64,000 nt of DNA from an uncultured Pseudohongiella sp. (GCA_902591495.1 CACJAW010000003.1:21500-85499), one strand, 5' to 3'. Shown: positions 47,869 through 58,606, counted from the stretch's first letter. A program made the numbers and translations. The notes: generated from the letters alone by a model not told the origin.

Positions 47869-48372
47869 TCAATCTTGGCAGTCAAAGTCTAACCACCACT
47901 CTAATGGTGTTATCCCGTCTTCTGGGTCGTAAATATTCCCATAATACCAGACCACTTCAGTATAATCTTTACACGTTTCATCTAACATAGATTCAATAGT
48001 TTTAAAGCCAATAGAAACGTGTATTGTATAGACTAGGGCTCGGGGCGTTTGGAGATCCAAACAACCGCCTATCTTTTCGAATTTAGACGTTAGAGCCTGC
48101 TCTAAATCTATTAGCTCTTCCCCGCCAAACAGTCGAATGCAGACATTACCACTGCGGTTTATAAGTTCATATTCTGCTTTATCTGGGTTAATCTGTCGTA
48201 CCAAATCTCCAGCAGCAAGATTTCGTGCAAGTAACGGCGATTTAATTAGTCTGAAATGTTGAGGAGTATCAATCAAAAATTCAACGTACAAGCTCTCAAA
48301 GACTGGCTCGCCATTTGATTTAATCCCGGCCAAAAAAGGGAGTTGTGTTTTGTCAGAGTTTCTCGAGTTCAT
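47869..48372 (-). CDS. Hypothetical protein (N-terminal half DUF4265-like, tentative)
   Basis: A 167-aa acidic, soluble-looking protein, first gene of a tightly spaced minus-strand trio with yaaA and the DUF938 gene. Confidence 0.45.
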   Translation of the reverse strand: MNSRNSDKTQLPFLAGIKSNGEPVFESLYVEFLIDTPQHFRLIKSPLLARNLAAGDLVRQINPDKAEYELINRSGNVCIRLFGGEELIDLEQALTSKFEKIGGCLDLQTPRALVYTIHVSIGFKTIESMLDETCKDYTEVVWYYGNIYDPEDGITPLEWWLDFDCQD

Positions 48373-48415
48373 CCCGATTGGTATCTTGGTAGGGTTTGAG
48401 TGTTTTTAATCCTTA

Positions 48416-48817
48416 GTGCTTTATCAACAAAATACAAAAAAGCAGATACCTAATATGATAGAACGCTTTAAAAGAATTGCCACTATTTTAAAAAGAATCC
48501 GCCCAGTTATTATATTCTGCTTAACTTCCAGTTTGTTTTTGATGCTATTCAGCGTGTTACAAAGTTCATTGCTAAGTTTCGAATTATGGTTGATCCCTAG
48601 TTTCTTAGCTTTTTGCTGGTTTCTAGCTCTTTTTAGCTTTAGCGAGATTTTTTCTTTCGCCCCTGAATTATCGACAAAGCAAACCTCGTGGTGGAAGAGG
48701 TTTTTGAATTCAATGCATAGGACGTGGTATCGATCTTTAGGAGCATTTTCTGTTTGTGTTTTTATTGCCTTAATTATTCTGAGTTATCAATTATTAAGAC
48801 AGTGGTATATGAGATAA
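48416..48817 (+). CDS. Hypothetical membrane protein
   Basis: 133 aa with 3-4 hydrophobic segments. GTG start at 48416, with an alternative ATG at 48455. I recognise no family. Confidence 0.4.
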   Translation: MLYQQNTKKQIPNMIERFKRIATILKRIRPVIIFCLTSSLFLMLFSVLQSSLLSFELWLIPSFLAFCWFLALFSFSEIFSFAPELSTKQTSWWKRFLNSMHRTWYRSLGAFSVCVFIALIILSYQLLRQWYMR

Positions 48818-48847
48818 ACTCGGATCATTAGATATGCTTTTCATTCT

Positions 48848-49372
48848 ATGGATATAAAAATGAAAAATGACAGGGTAAGTTCGGTTATAAAGGCCATAGA
48901 CCGTTTAACAGATAATACTGGACGAATCGGATCTTGGTGTTCGCTTCTTATGGTTATGACCATGTTGCTTGTAGTAGTTCTCCGTTATGGGTTCCAAATC
49001 GGCTCAATTTCCCTACAAGAATCGATAACATATCTAAATTGCGTCATTTTTACTTCTGGTGTTGCCTATACTTTAAAAGAGGATGCCCATGTCCGGGTGG
49101 ATGTGATGTACTCCAAGCTCAGTAGTAAATCAAAAGCTCTGGTAGACTTATTAGGAACGCTTGTTTTCTTGGGACTAACAGCTGGATTTATATTATGGAC
49201 TAGCTGGGATTATGTTTCAGTTTCATGGCGAATTAGGGAGGGTTCGGCTGAGTCGAGCGGTCTACCTTATGTTTACGTGTTGAAAACCAGCATTTTAATA
49301 ATACCAACCATGTTGCTCATACAAGGTTTATCAGAGTTTTTGAAAGCCTATAAGATGTACCATAAGAATTAA
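48848..49372 (+). CDS. TRAP transporter small permease (DctQ family)
   Basis: 174 aa with 4 TM segments, immediately upstream of the DctM-type gene. Confidence 0.85.
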   Translation: MDIKMKNDRVSSVIKAIDRLTDNTGRIGSWCSLLMVMTMLLVVVLRYGFQIGSISLQESITYLNCVIFTSGVAYTLKEDAHVRVDVMYSKLSSKSKALVDLLGTLVFLGLTAGFILWTSWDYVSVSWRIREGSAESSGLPYVYVLKTSILIIPTMLLIQGLSEFLKAYKMYHKN

Positions 49373-49374
49373 AC

Positions 49375-50757
49375 ATGGTTGAAATTCTTCCGCTTTTTTT
49401 GTTCTTTGCCGTATGCGCTCTGCTCATGTTTGGGTATCCCGTAGCGATGACCATGGCAGGCGTTTCTCTATTATTTGCGGGTTTGGGCAGTGTAATTGGG
49501 GTTTTCGATTCAGCCTACATAACACTTATCCCAAATCGAATATTTGGTATTCTAGTAAACCAAAACCTATTTGCTGTGCCTCTTTTCGTTTTTATGGGCT
49601 CGATGTTAGAGAAATCAAAAATTGCCGAGAGCTTACTTAAAAACATGGAAGTCTTATTTATAAAAATTCCTGGAGGTTTAGGACTTGCGGTTTTATTTGT
49701 CGGGATGTTGTTAGCAGCAAGCACTGGGATAGTAGGCGCGACCGTGGTTACTCTGGGAGTCTTATCCTTGCCTACGATGCTTAAATCTGGTTATAAGCCA
49801 TCATTTGCTTGCGGTACTTTGTGTGCTACCGGAACGCTTGGTCAAATAATACCCCCATCTATATGTTTAGTGCTTTTGGGAGAGGTTATATCGAACGCTT
49901 ATCAGCAGTCGCAGCTAGAAGCAGGTGTCTTCGCTCCGAGCTTTGTTTCAATTGGCGATCTTTTTGCAGGAGCTCTTATCCCAGGCCTTCTTCTTGTCCT
50001 GGGCTATGGAATTTATGTGGTTCTATTTGCTTCTTCTAGACCTGATGATGTTCCGTCGAATAAAGAATTAATCCTTGAGCAAGATAGAGGGAAAATGCTC
50101 ATTAATGTAGCGAAGGGATTATTGCCACCGGTGACTTTAGTTTTAGCAGTTCTTGGGTCAATTTTAAAGGGAGTTGCAACACCCACAGAAGCGGCAAGTG
50201 TTGGTGCAGTCGGTGCGATTCTACTAGCAATAATCAAGGGAAATATATCCTTTAACGTCTTACAAGAGGTTTCGTTAGAAACGATGCGCACAACATCGAT
50301 GATTTATCTAATTCTTATCGGTGCGACGATATTTTCTTCCGTATTTCGGGGTTTTGGTGGCGAAGATCTGATTGAGAGTTTCTTAACCGCATTGCCTGGC
50401 GGCATTCTTTCCGCGACATTTGTCGTTATGGTTTTTATATTCTTGCTTGGCTTTATACTGGACTTTATAGAAATAACCTTTATGGTCGTGCCACTCGTGG
50501 GACCGGTCTTGCTAGGAATGGGGATCGATCCGATTTGGTTAGGAGTAATGATCGCCATAAATCTCCAAACTTCTTTCTTAACACCTCCTTTTGGCTTTTC
50601 GCTTTTCTATCTGCGTAGTGTGTTGCCAGATACTATAGATACGAGTCAAATTTATAGAGGTGTCGCTCCATTTATCGTAATACAAATTCTAATTCTGCTG
50701 CTAATTGCATTACAACCAGGTATAGCCACTTGGCTTCCTTCGTATTTTCAACGATAA
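49375..50757 (+). CDS. TRAP transporter large permease (DctM family)
   Basis: A 460-aa polytopic membrane protein with typical DctM length and sequence character. Confidence 0.9.
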   Translation: MVEILPLFLFFAVCALLMFGYPVAMTMAGVSLLFAGLGSVIGVFDSAYITLIPNRIFGILVNQNLFAVPLFVFMGSMLEKSKIAESLLKNMEVLFIKIPGGLGLAVLFVGMLLAASTGIVGATVVTLGVLSLPTMLKSGYKPSFACGTLCATGTLGQIIPPSICLVLLGEVISNAYQQSQLEAGVFAPSFVSIGDLFAGALIPGLLLVLGYGIYVVLFASSRPDDVPSNKELILEQDRGKMLINVAKGLLPPVTLVLAVLGSILKGVATPTEAASVGAVGAILLAIIKGNISFNVLQEVSLETMRTTSMIYLILIGATIFSSVFRGFGGEDLIESFLTALPGGILSATFVVMVFIFLLGFILDFIEITFMVVPLVGPVLLGMGIDPIWLGVMIAINLQTSFLTPPFGFSLFYLRSVLPDTIDTSQIYRGVAPFIVIQILILLLIALQPGIATWLPSYFQR

Positions 50758-50789
50758 ATAAGCAGTAAAAGCTTGAAATCGCAATTGAC

Positions 50790-51884
50790 TTAATTAAGCG
50801 GTAGATTTCGGGCTTCTATGAAAGCTTCTTCTGCAATGCGATTATAATTAATGACGTTGTCCCTAAAGTTTTTCCAAGATTCGTAGACTTTCGCTGTTTG
50901 TTCGTCGACGGATGACATCTCTGAGACCACATCCTCAGAAATTCTATGGAGCTCGGCGAGAACATCATTGGGTAGTTTCCTTAATTGGACCCCGTGTTCT
51001 TCCACCAGCACCCTGAGTGCCTCATTGTTTTTTGCCATTAGTTCGTCAAGCAACAGCTGGTTCATAATCTCAGTTCCAGCCATTAAAATTTCCTGTAGAT
51101 CCTTTGGCAGCGATTCAAATTTCTCTTTATTAAATATAGTCTCTAGTGTTGAGCCAGGTTCATGCCAACCAGGGTAGTAATAGTATTCTGCTGCAGTATG
51201 ATAACCGGCCGCTAAGTCATTATAAGGACTTACGAATTCTGTCGCATCAAGTGCACCAGTTTGCAATGCGGTAAAAACCTCACTAACTTGCATAGTGACA
51301 GGGACACCTCCGGCTCTGCGAAATACTTCACCACCGAGACTTGGAATCCGCATGGTTAATCCCTGTAGATCTTCCAACGAATTTATCTCTTTGTTGAACC
51401 AGCCGAACATCTGGACGCCAGAGTTTCCACCTCTCACTGGTATTAAATTAAAAGGCTCGTAAAGTTCACGCCAGAGCTCATTTCCACCTCCGTATCTCAA
51501 CCACGCATCTTGCTCATAACTAGTCATGCCAAAGGGAATAGAAGAAAAAAATGGAGTGCCAGGTATCTTACCTTGCCAATAATAAGCACCAGAGTGACCT
51601 ATTTCTGCAACACCTTGTGAAACAGCGTCGAATACTTCAAGCCCACCTACTAACTCATTGGCTCCATACACCCTTATCTTCATTCTCCCATTGCTCATTG
51701 TTTCAACAATTTCAGCAAAGTATTCGGGAGAAGTCCCGAGAGCGGGCAAATTCTTTGGCCAAGACGTAATCATTTTCCACTCGTAAAAAGACTCCTCGAT
51801 TGGTTCCAGCGATGAGACAGGTTGATCGTCTTGGGAACAAGACAAAAGTGCGAGTGATAGCACTACAAGCAGATATCTCTTCAT
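50790..51884 (-). CDS. TRAP transporter substrate-binding protein (DctP superfamily), probable lipoprotein
   Basis: I placed the start at the ATG at 51884 (MKRYLLVVLSLALLSCSQ, with a lipobox). This avoids the overlap with uvrD that the 390-aa track ORF creates. The WKMITSWPKNLP... region is typical of TRAP periplasmic components. Confidence 0.85.
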   Translation of the reverse strand: MKRYLLVVLSLALLSCSQDDQPVSSLEPIEESFYEWKMITSWPKNLPALGTSPEYFAEIVETMSNGRMKIRVYGANELVGGLEVFDAVSQGVAEIGHSGAYYWQGKIPGTPFFSSIPFGMTSYEQDAWLRYGGGNELWRELYEPFNLIPVRGGNSGVQMFGWFNKEINSLEDLQGLTMRIPSLGGEVFRRAGGVPVTMQVSEVFTALQTGALDATEFVSPYNDLAAGYHTAAEYYYYPGWHEPGSTLETIFNKEKFESLPKDLQEILMAGTEIMNQLLLDELMAKNNEALRVLVEEHGVQLRKLPNDVLAELHRISEDVVSEMSSVDEQTAKVYESWKNFRDNVINYNRIAEEAFIEARNLPLN

Positions 51885-51919
51885 TGAAAAAATTTTGAGT
51901 TTTTTACACATTCTATACC

Positions 51920-54142
51920 TTATCCAACGACTCTTAGGTTTGCGTAGGATAACACTAACCACTTACTACCTGTAGAATCAAAATTTACTTGAACCCTGGC
52001 ATTTGAACCCTGTCCCTCGTAGTTGAGCACGACACCCTCCCCAAATTTACCATGTAAAACACGCTGTCCAAGGGAGAGTTCTGTTTGGGGAATTTCGGCG
52101 TGTGCGTTAGTTCGGCTATTGCCTTGGTTATAATATTGAGAATTAATTGGGCCCCTGCGTTGTTTGACGGATGTTTTTATCCGAATTTCTTCGATTAAGG
52201 TTGGTGGTATTTCTTTAATGAATCTGGATGGCCTGCTCAGTGATACATCTCCATGTAGCCTCCGAGATTCGGCGTAGCTGAGGAACAGCTTTTCCTTTGC
52301 CCTTGTAATCCCAACATAACAAAGTCTCCTTTCTTCCTCGAGACCTGTGATATTGTCCATTGACATTTTATGTGGGAATAGACCTTCTTCCATCCCAGAT
52401 AAAAATACTAGGGGGAACTCAAGGCCTTTTGCCGAATGGAGGGTCATCAGCTGCACGGCGTCGTCAGATTCATCGGCCTGAGTGTCGCCAGAATCCAGGG
52501 AAGCTTGATCCAAAAATGTGGCCAAAAATCTTTTTGAGGTCAAGTCAATTTCATCATTATCTTCAGAGATCAACTCCGGCGCATCAAAATTGCGACAGGC
52601 GGTAATTAACTCCTCTAGGTTCTCAATTCTTGTCCTCGCTTTTTCTCCACCCTCTTTTTCATGATGACCTGCAAGTCCGCTGTTAACTATGATGTGTTCA
52701 GCTTTCTGATGAAGCTCTAATCCAGAGCAATCAGACTCTAATTTGTCTATTAGTTTCAGGAATGCTAAGACTGAACTGGTAGCGCGTGAAGATAAGATAT
52801 CTTCGTTTATACACTTAATACAGGAATCCCATAGAGATAAATTGTTCTTTCTTGCGATATCTCTAATTAATTGTAATGTTCTACCACCTATTCCCCGCGT
52901 CGGAACGTTTATTATTCGCTCTAAGGCCGTATCATCGTTACGATTAACTACCAATCTCAAGTAGGATAGGGCATTTTTTATTTCAAGTCGTTCGTAAAAT
53001 CGATGCCCACCATAGATTATGTAGGGCATTCCAACCCTTAGTAGGGCTTCTTCAAGTTCTCTGGATTGTGCATTCGAACGGTAGAGGATTGCGCTATCTT
53101 TACGAGGATTGCCCTTGGTGAACCATTCCTGAAGACGGTCAACAATGAATCGTGCTTCATCTTGTTCGTTAAAGGCTTCATACAAGCTTATAGGTTCTCC
53201 TTCACCGCAATCAGTCCAGAGATTTTTACCTAATCTTCCATTATTGTGCTCAATTAGCTTATTGGCAGCCTTCAGTATTGTAGATGTAGATCTATAGTTT
53301 TGCTCTAAGCGAACAATGTCAGCATTTGGGAAATCAGTGTTAAATTTTTGGATGTTCTCTATCTTTGCACCACGCCAACCATAAATTGATTGATCATCAT
53401 CGCCGACCACCATCATTTTATTGGAATTCCCGGCGAGGACTTGTAGCCATGCATACTGAATGGAGTTCGTGTCTTGGAACTCATCTACCAGAATATATTG
53501 AAAACGTCTTTGGTAGTGCGTTAAAACTTGCGGGTTGTTTAACCAGAGTTCATGAGCGCGGAGCAAGATTTCTCCAAAATCAATCATACCGCCACTGTTG
53601 CATGCATCTTCGTAGGCTTTGTAAATTTTTAGCTGAGTCTTTGTGTAGTCATCATCAAAATGCTCTATGTTATGCGATCGCAAACCCTCATCTTTTTGAG
53701 AGTTTATGTACCATTGACATTGTTTAGCTGGCCATTTGTCTTCATTAAGTCCAAGGTTTTGTAATAAGCGTTTTATTAAGCGGAGTTGATCATCTGCATC
53801 AAGGATCTGAAAATCCTCTGGAAGACTTGCTTCCTGCCAATGCGAACGCAATAGTCTATGTGCTAATCCATGAAAAGTTCCTACCCACATGCCTCCAGTT
53901 GGCTGCTGCATCAACTCTTGTATTCTGCCTCGCATTTCTCTCGCGGCTTTATTTGTGAAAGTCACTGCTAGGATAGAAAATGGAGAAATATTTTCCGCTT
54001 CAATAAGCCATGCAATCCGGTGGACCAAAACACGAGTCTTGCCGCTCCCTGCGCCGGCCAGGACCAACAAATTATTGGAGGGGCTTGCGACGGCGTTTCT
54101 TTGCTGCTCATTTAGCGAACTTAAAATGTGAGATACATCCAT
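51920..54142 (-). CDS. uvrD: DNA helicase II
   Basis: From MDVSHILSSLNEQQRNAV, with motif I AGAGSGKT, motif II DEFQDTN and a UvrD-type C-terminal tail. The start is 6 codons inside the track ORF. Confidence 0.93.
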   Translation of the reverse strand: MDVSHILSSLNEQQRNAVASPSNNLLVLAGAGSGKTRVLVHRIAWLIEAENISPFSILAVTFTNKAAREMRGRIQELMQQPTGGMWVGTFHGLAHRLLRSHWQEASLPEDFQILDADDQLRLIKRLLQNLGLNEDKWPAKQCQWYINSQKDEGLRSHNIEHFDDDYTKTQLKIYKAYEDACNSGGMIDFGEILLRAHELWLNNPQVLTHYQRRFQYILVDEFQDTNSIQYAWLQVLAGNSNKMMVVGDDDQSIYGWRGAKIENIQKFNTDFPNADIVRLEQNYRSTSTILKAANKLIEHNNGRLGKNLWTDCGEGEPISLYEAFNEQDEARFIVDRLQEWFTKGNPRKDSAILYRSNAQSRELEEALLRVGMPYIIYGGHRFYERLEIKNALSYLRLVVNRNDDTALERIINVPTRGIGGRTLQLIRDIARKNNLSLWDSCIKCINEDILSSRATSSVLAFLKLIDKLESDCSGLELHQKAEHIIVNSGLAGHHEKEGGEKARTRIENLEELITACRNFDAPELISEDNDEIDLTSKRFLATFLDQASLDSGDTQADESDDAVQLMTLHSAKGLEFPLVFLSGMEEGLFPHKMSMDNITGLEEERRLCYVGITRAKEKLFLSYAESRRLHGDVSLSRPSRFIKEIPPTLIEEIRIKTSVKQRRGPINSQYYNQGNSRTNAHAEIPQTELSLGQRVLHGKFGEGVVLNYEGQGSNARVQVNFDSTGSKWLVLSYANLRVVG

Positions 54143-54299
54143 AGCTCTATATTCTATCAAATTGTGAGGTTTGCGCGCGCTAAAAAGTAGTCATTGTTAT
54201 AGTAAAATTGAAATTCCCATTTAGAGATTGTTACCTAGTTTGATAGAATGACGGTTTATTACGGAGTTTAACAACAGCAGTTTTACATTGGAGATATTG

Positions 54300-55493
54300 A
54301 TGTCTGTCAGAGCAGATGAAGTTCCATTCAATTGGAAAGACCCTTTTTTATTAGAAGAGCAGCTGACCGAAGAGGAAAGGATGGTGCGCGATACTGCAAA
54401 ACAGTATGCGCAAAACGAGCTGCTACCTAGAGTTCGAGAAGCTTACCGAAATGAGGAGACGGACCCGAATATTTTTCGTGAGATGGGTCAGCTTGGTTTA
54501 TTGGGGGCAATGATTGATGGATACGGCTGTGCCGGGATGAATTATGTATGTTACGGCTTGATTGCCCGAGAAATTGAGTCAGTGGACTCTGGTTATCGAT
54601 CTATGATGTCAGTGCAATCTAGTCTGGTCATGCATCCGATTAATACTTTTGGTAGTGAGCTACAAAAAGAAAAGTATCTACCTAAATTGGCGAGTGGAGA
54701 ATATATCGGATGCTTTGGTTTAACAGAACCGGATCATGGCTCTGATCCGGGAAGCATGAATACGCGTGCAAAAAAAGTAGCCGAGGGTTACATTTTAACC
54801 GGTGCTAAAAATTGGATAAGTAACTCGCCAATAGCAGATGTATTTTTGGTATGGGCAAAAGATGAGGATGGGGTAATTTCTGGATTCATACTTGATAAGG
54901 ATATGAAGGGGCTATCGGCGCCAAAAATTGAAGGTAAATTAGCGTTAAGGGCTTCGGTCACGGGTGAGATAGTCATGGATGAAGTCTTGGTGCCGGAAGA
55001 AAATAAATTACCTGGCGCTAAAGGTCTAAACGGCCCATTTAGCTGTCTGAATTCCGCCCGACTTGGAATTGCATGGGGCGCTCTAGGGGCAGCTGAAACT
55101 TGCTGGCATGCTGCGCTTGATTACACTATGGATCGAAAACAGTTCGGGCGACCCCTAGCTTCAAACCAGATTATTCAGAAAAAACTAGCGCAGATGCAAA
55201 CAGACATTAGCCTTGCCTTACAAGGTTGTTTACAAGCTTGCCGAATGAAAGATGAGGGCAAGTTGGCGCCGACTTTAATTTCTTTATTGAAGCGTAATTC
55301 GTGTTTAAAGGCACTAGATGCTGCTAGAGAAGCCCGAGATATGCTCGGTGGTAACGGAATTTCAGACGAATACCCGGTTATGAGGCACGCACAAAACCTG
55401 GAAGTAGTTAACACGTATGAAGGTACCCAAGATATTCATGCGCTTATTCTTGGTCGTTCTCAAACGGGTATACAGGCCTTCACAGGGAGATAG
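54300..55493 (+). CDS. gcdH: Glutaryl-CoA dehydrogenase
   Basis: 397 aa from the ATG at 54300, which has GGAG upstream. [35 protein letters not shown] and [17 protein letters not shown] closely resemble GcdH. Confidence 0.86.
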   Translation: MSVRADEVPFNWKDPFLLEEQLTEEERMVRDTAKQYAQNELLPRVREAYRNEETDPNIFREMGQLGLLGAMIDGYGCAGMNYVCYGLIAREIESVDSGYRSMMSVQSSLVMHPINTFGSELQKEKYLPKLASGEYIGCFGLTEPDHGSDPGSMNTRAKKVAEGYILTGAKNWISNSPIADVFLVWAKDEDGVISGFILDKDMKGLSAPKIEGKLALRASVTGEIVMDEVLVPEENKLPGAKGLNGPFSCLNSARLGIAWGALGAAETCWHAALDYTMDRKQFGRPLASNQIIQKKLAQMQTDISLALQGCLQACRMKDEGKLAPTLISLLKRNSCLKALDAAREARDMLGGNGISDEYPVMRHAQNLEVVNTYEGTQDIHALILGRSQTGIQAFTGR

Positions 55494-55532
55494 ATTGTCT
55501 TAAAGAATATCTAGTTTATATTTGGCATCCTG

Positions 55533-56438
55533 CTAGATATAACTGGAAACAGTTCCTAGAAAAATTATTGCTCCTACCCAGTTGTTGTTCAGAAATGCCC
55601 TGAAACATAGGTCAGGTAATCTATCTTTAATTAGGTACTGCTGATACAGAAAAAGAAGGCTTGCGATGAAGATTGATGAGTAAAAAATAATACTAAATTG
55701 TAAATACACTGCTACAAGTATGAAAGTTAGAATGAAGCCTATCTGGAGTATGCCAATCATTATTCGATCAGAATCCCCGAAAAGTATGGCAGTCGACTTG
55801 ACTCCCACCTCAAGATCATACTCTCGATCTACCATTGCATATTGTGTGTCGTAAGCAACTGTCCATAAGACATTGGCTATAAACAGCAGGTATGCTATCG
55901 AGGGAATATTTCCTAAAGTTGAGGTGAAAGCCATTAGGATACCCCACGAAAATGCGACTCCGAGTACGATCTGCGGTAAATTAGTATACCTTTTCATAAA
56001 CGGATAGATCACTATCACTAATACCGCTAGAAATGACAGCAGTATCGTTTCTAAGTTGGTAAACAGTAGCAAACTAAAGCTGATGCTAGATAAAAAAATG
56101 AAACAACCTAGAGCTTCGCGCCTACTCAATTTTTTCAATACTATCGGTCGCTCTTGGGTGCGTCTGACTTTACCGTCTATTCCGTAATCGGCGAAATCAT
56201 TTATGCAACAGCCGGCAGATCTCATTAAAATGGTTCCAAGAGAAAAAATTATTAACAATAAAACCTCAGGCAGCCCTTCAGAGGCGATCCACAAGGATGT
56301 TACTGTTGGCCAAAAAAGTAGAAAAATTCCTATTGGACGATTTATTCTTGTTAACTGAATAAATTGAGGTAATTTTTGTTGTATTAATGATGCTAAATTT
56401 GTAAATTTCGTCGAAACAAATCTTTCAAAAAATTTCAT
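55533..56438 (-). CDS. ubiA: 4-hydroxybenzoate polyprenyltransferase
   Basis: A 301-aa polytopic membrane protein with the first Asp-rich motif NDFADYGID. Confidence 0.88.
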   Translation of the reverse strand: MKFFERFVSTKFTNLASLIQQKLPQFIQLTRINRPIGIFLLFWPTVTSLWIASEGLPEVLLLIIFSLGTILMRSAGCCINDFADYGIDGKVRRTQERPIVLKKLSRREALGCFIFLSSISFSLLLFTNLETILLSFLAVLVIVIYPFMKRYTNLPQIVLGVAFSWGILMAFTSTLGNIPSIAYLLFIANVLWTVAYDTQYAMVDREYDLEVGVKSTAILFGDSDRIMIGILQIGFILTFILVAVYLQFSIIFYSSIFIASLLFLYQQYLIKDRLPDLCFRAFLNNNWVGAIIFLGTVSSYI

Positions 56439-56518
56439 TTTTAGCTCAGTTAGTGAAGTACTTATCTAGTATTATGAATTGAATAAGCAAAAGCTAATCC
56501 TTAACTTTACTATAATCT

Positions 56519-58606
56519 TTAAACATTTGCGTATTCTTCTCTATCGCTAAGCCATCGATTGATCAAAGGATCGACTATCTCTTGATGTTTCTGCATTAGA
56601 GACTCTGATATGATTTTTACATCATCTAACAAAAGAGCATCTCTCTGCATATCAGCAATCTTGAAAGACATCAGTCCTGCTTGATTAGTTCCTAGGACTT
56701 GTCCAGGGCCCCTTAATTCCAAGTCCTTCTCTGCAATGTAAAATCCGTCGCAGCTGTCACGCATAACCTCAAGTCGTAGCTTACCGTCGCGTGAGAGAGG
56801 TGTTTGATAAAGTAATATACAATGACTTTGAATGTTGCCTCGACCTACCCTACCGCGTAGTTGGTGAAGTTGAGCCAGCCCTAAACGCTCCGCATTTTCT
56901 ATGATCATCAGGCTGGCGTTCGGAACATCGACACCTACTTCTATAACTGTTGTGGCGACTAATAGCTGGATGTCACCATTTTTAAAGTCCGACATAACAC
57001 TATTCTTTTCGTCGCTCCTCATTCGTCCGTGGATAAGGCCAACTCGGGTCTTGGGCAGTAAGTTGGCGAGATTCAGCGAGGTCACTTCAGCTGCCTCACA
57101 CTCTAATGATTCTGATTCTTCAATTAATGTGCAAACCCAATATACTTGTCTCCCATTAATACATGCGTCTTTAATCCTTTTAACAATATCAGCGCGTTTT
57201 TGATTTGATATTACTGCCGTATTGACGCGTAGTCTGCCTGGTGGTAAATCTTTTATGACTGTTGAATCTAAGTCAGCGTATACACTCATTGCCAACGTCC
57301 TAGGTATTGGTGTGGCCGTCATGACCAATTGGTGAGGCTGAAACACAGAAGAACTTGCTTTATTTCTGAGGCTAAGACGTTGATGCACACCAAAACGGTG
57401 TTGTTCGTCTATAATTATAAATCCTAGCTTGTTATAAATAACGTCTCTTTGGAATAAGGCATGTGTTCCTATTAGTATTTGACAAGTTCCAAATTCCAAA
57501 TCCTGTAAAGTCTCTTTCCTCAATGCTCCTTTTATTTTACCGCTCAGCCAGCCAACTCTGATACCGAGTGGCCTATACCATTTTTTAAAATTATTGAAGT
57601 GTTGTTCGGCAAGTATTTCTGTTGGCGCCATTAACGCGACTTGGTAACCATTACCAATTGCTTGTATCGCGGCAATCGCGGCTACCACAGTTTTTCCAGC
57701 CCCAACATCACCTTGAAGCAGTCGATGCATTGGTATTGTTTGAGTTAAATCCGATAGTATATCTTTTAACGCAAATTCTTGACCATTTGTTAGTTTAAAA
57801 GGCAATTGATCGAGAAAACCTTCATATAACCCTTGCTTAAATATTATATTTGGCGCTAACAATTGATTGGGTGCTTTCCTATATTTTTGTATACATAACC
57901 TATGGGCTAGTAGTTCTTCAAAAGCTAATCTTTGTTGGAAGGAGCTAAGACCGCGATTGAGTATGTTTAGGTCAAGGCAATTTGGAGGGTTGTGCAGAGT
58001 CTGAATAGCATCTTCTAAGTTACAAAGTTTGTATTCGCTTAAAATTTCTGATGGTAAGTATTCTACTAATTTATGATTCCGGTTCAAAATTTCTATGCCT
58101 TGCTTGACAAAGCTTCTAAGTCTTTTTTGTTGGATCCCATCAGTTGTTGGATAAATTGGCGTCAATGAATTCTCTAAAGAGTTTGTGCCGTAGCTATGTA
58201 TTTCTTTGTACTCAGGATGATAAATCTCAAATCCATTTCTCCCGCGTCGAACTTCCCCATAGCAACTTAGGAGCTTCCCAGGAGTTAAGGAATTTTTCTG
58301 TGCGGAGCTAAAGTGGAAAAATCGAAGATAGATAAAACCGGTAGAATCACGCAACATACATTGTAGGCTTCTGCGTTGGCCAAAAAGGATTTTATTCGAT
58401 ACGATTTCTCCACTTATTTGGACGCGGTCTCCCAGCTTTACCGAATTTATTGGACTTAATTTGGTTCGGTCTTCATATCTAAAAGGTAGATGAAAAAGAA
58501 GGTCCTGTAGATTGTAAATTCCGAGTTGGTTAAATTTTCTTTCAAGGGAAGGACCAACCCCTTTAAGAGAAGTAATTGCAACCGAAACGAGAGTTTTGTT
58601 TGGCAT
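56519..58606 (-). CDS. recG: ATP-dependent DNA helicase RecG
   Basis: 695 aa with a wedge domain, GDVGAGKT and DEQHRFG. Confidence 0.95.
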   Translation of the reverse strand: MPNKTLVSVAITSLKGVGPSLERKFNQLGIYNLQDLLFHLPFRYEDRTKLSPINSVKLGDRVQISGEIVSNKILFGQRRSLQCMLRDSTGFIYLRFFHFSSAQKNSLTPGKLLSCYGEVRRGRNGFEIYHPEYKEIHSYGTNSLENSLTPIYPTTDGIQQKRLRSFVKQGIEILNRNHKLVEYLPSEILSEYKLCNLEDAIQTLHNPPNCLDLNILNRGLSSFQQRLAFEELLAHRLCIQKYRKAPNQLLAPNIIFKQGLYEGFLDQLPFKLTNGQEFALKDILSDLTQTIPMHRLLQGDVGAGKTVVAAIAAIQAIGNGYQVALMAPTEILAEQHFNNFKKWYRPLGIRVGWLSGKIKGALRKETLQDLEFGTCQILIGTHALFQRDVIYNKLGFIIIDEQHRFGVHQRLSLRNKASSSVFQPHQLVMTATPIPRTLAMSVYADLDSTVIKDLPPGRLRVNTAVISNQKRADIVKRIKDACINGRQVYWVCTLIEESESLECEAAEVTSLNLANLLPKTRVGLIHGRMRSDEKNSVMSDFKNGDIQLLVATTVIEVGVDVPNASLMIIENAERLGLAQLHQLRGRVGRGNIQSHCILLYQTPLSRDGKLRLEVMRDSCDGFYIAEKDLELRGPGQVLGTNQAGLMSFKIADMQRDALLLDDVKIISESLMQKHQEIVDPLINRWLSDREEYANV

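Noticed and set aside
54143-54299. LexA (SOS) box upstream of uvrD
   Set aside because: No CTGT-N8-ACAG-type palindrome is present in the uvrD/gcdH divergent spacer.
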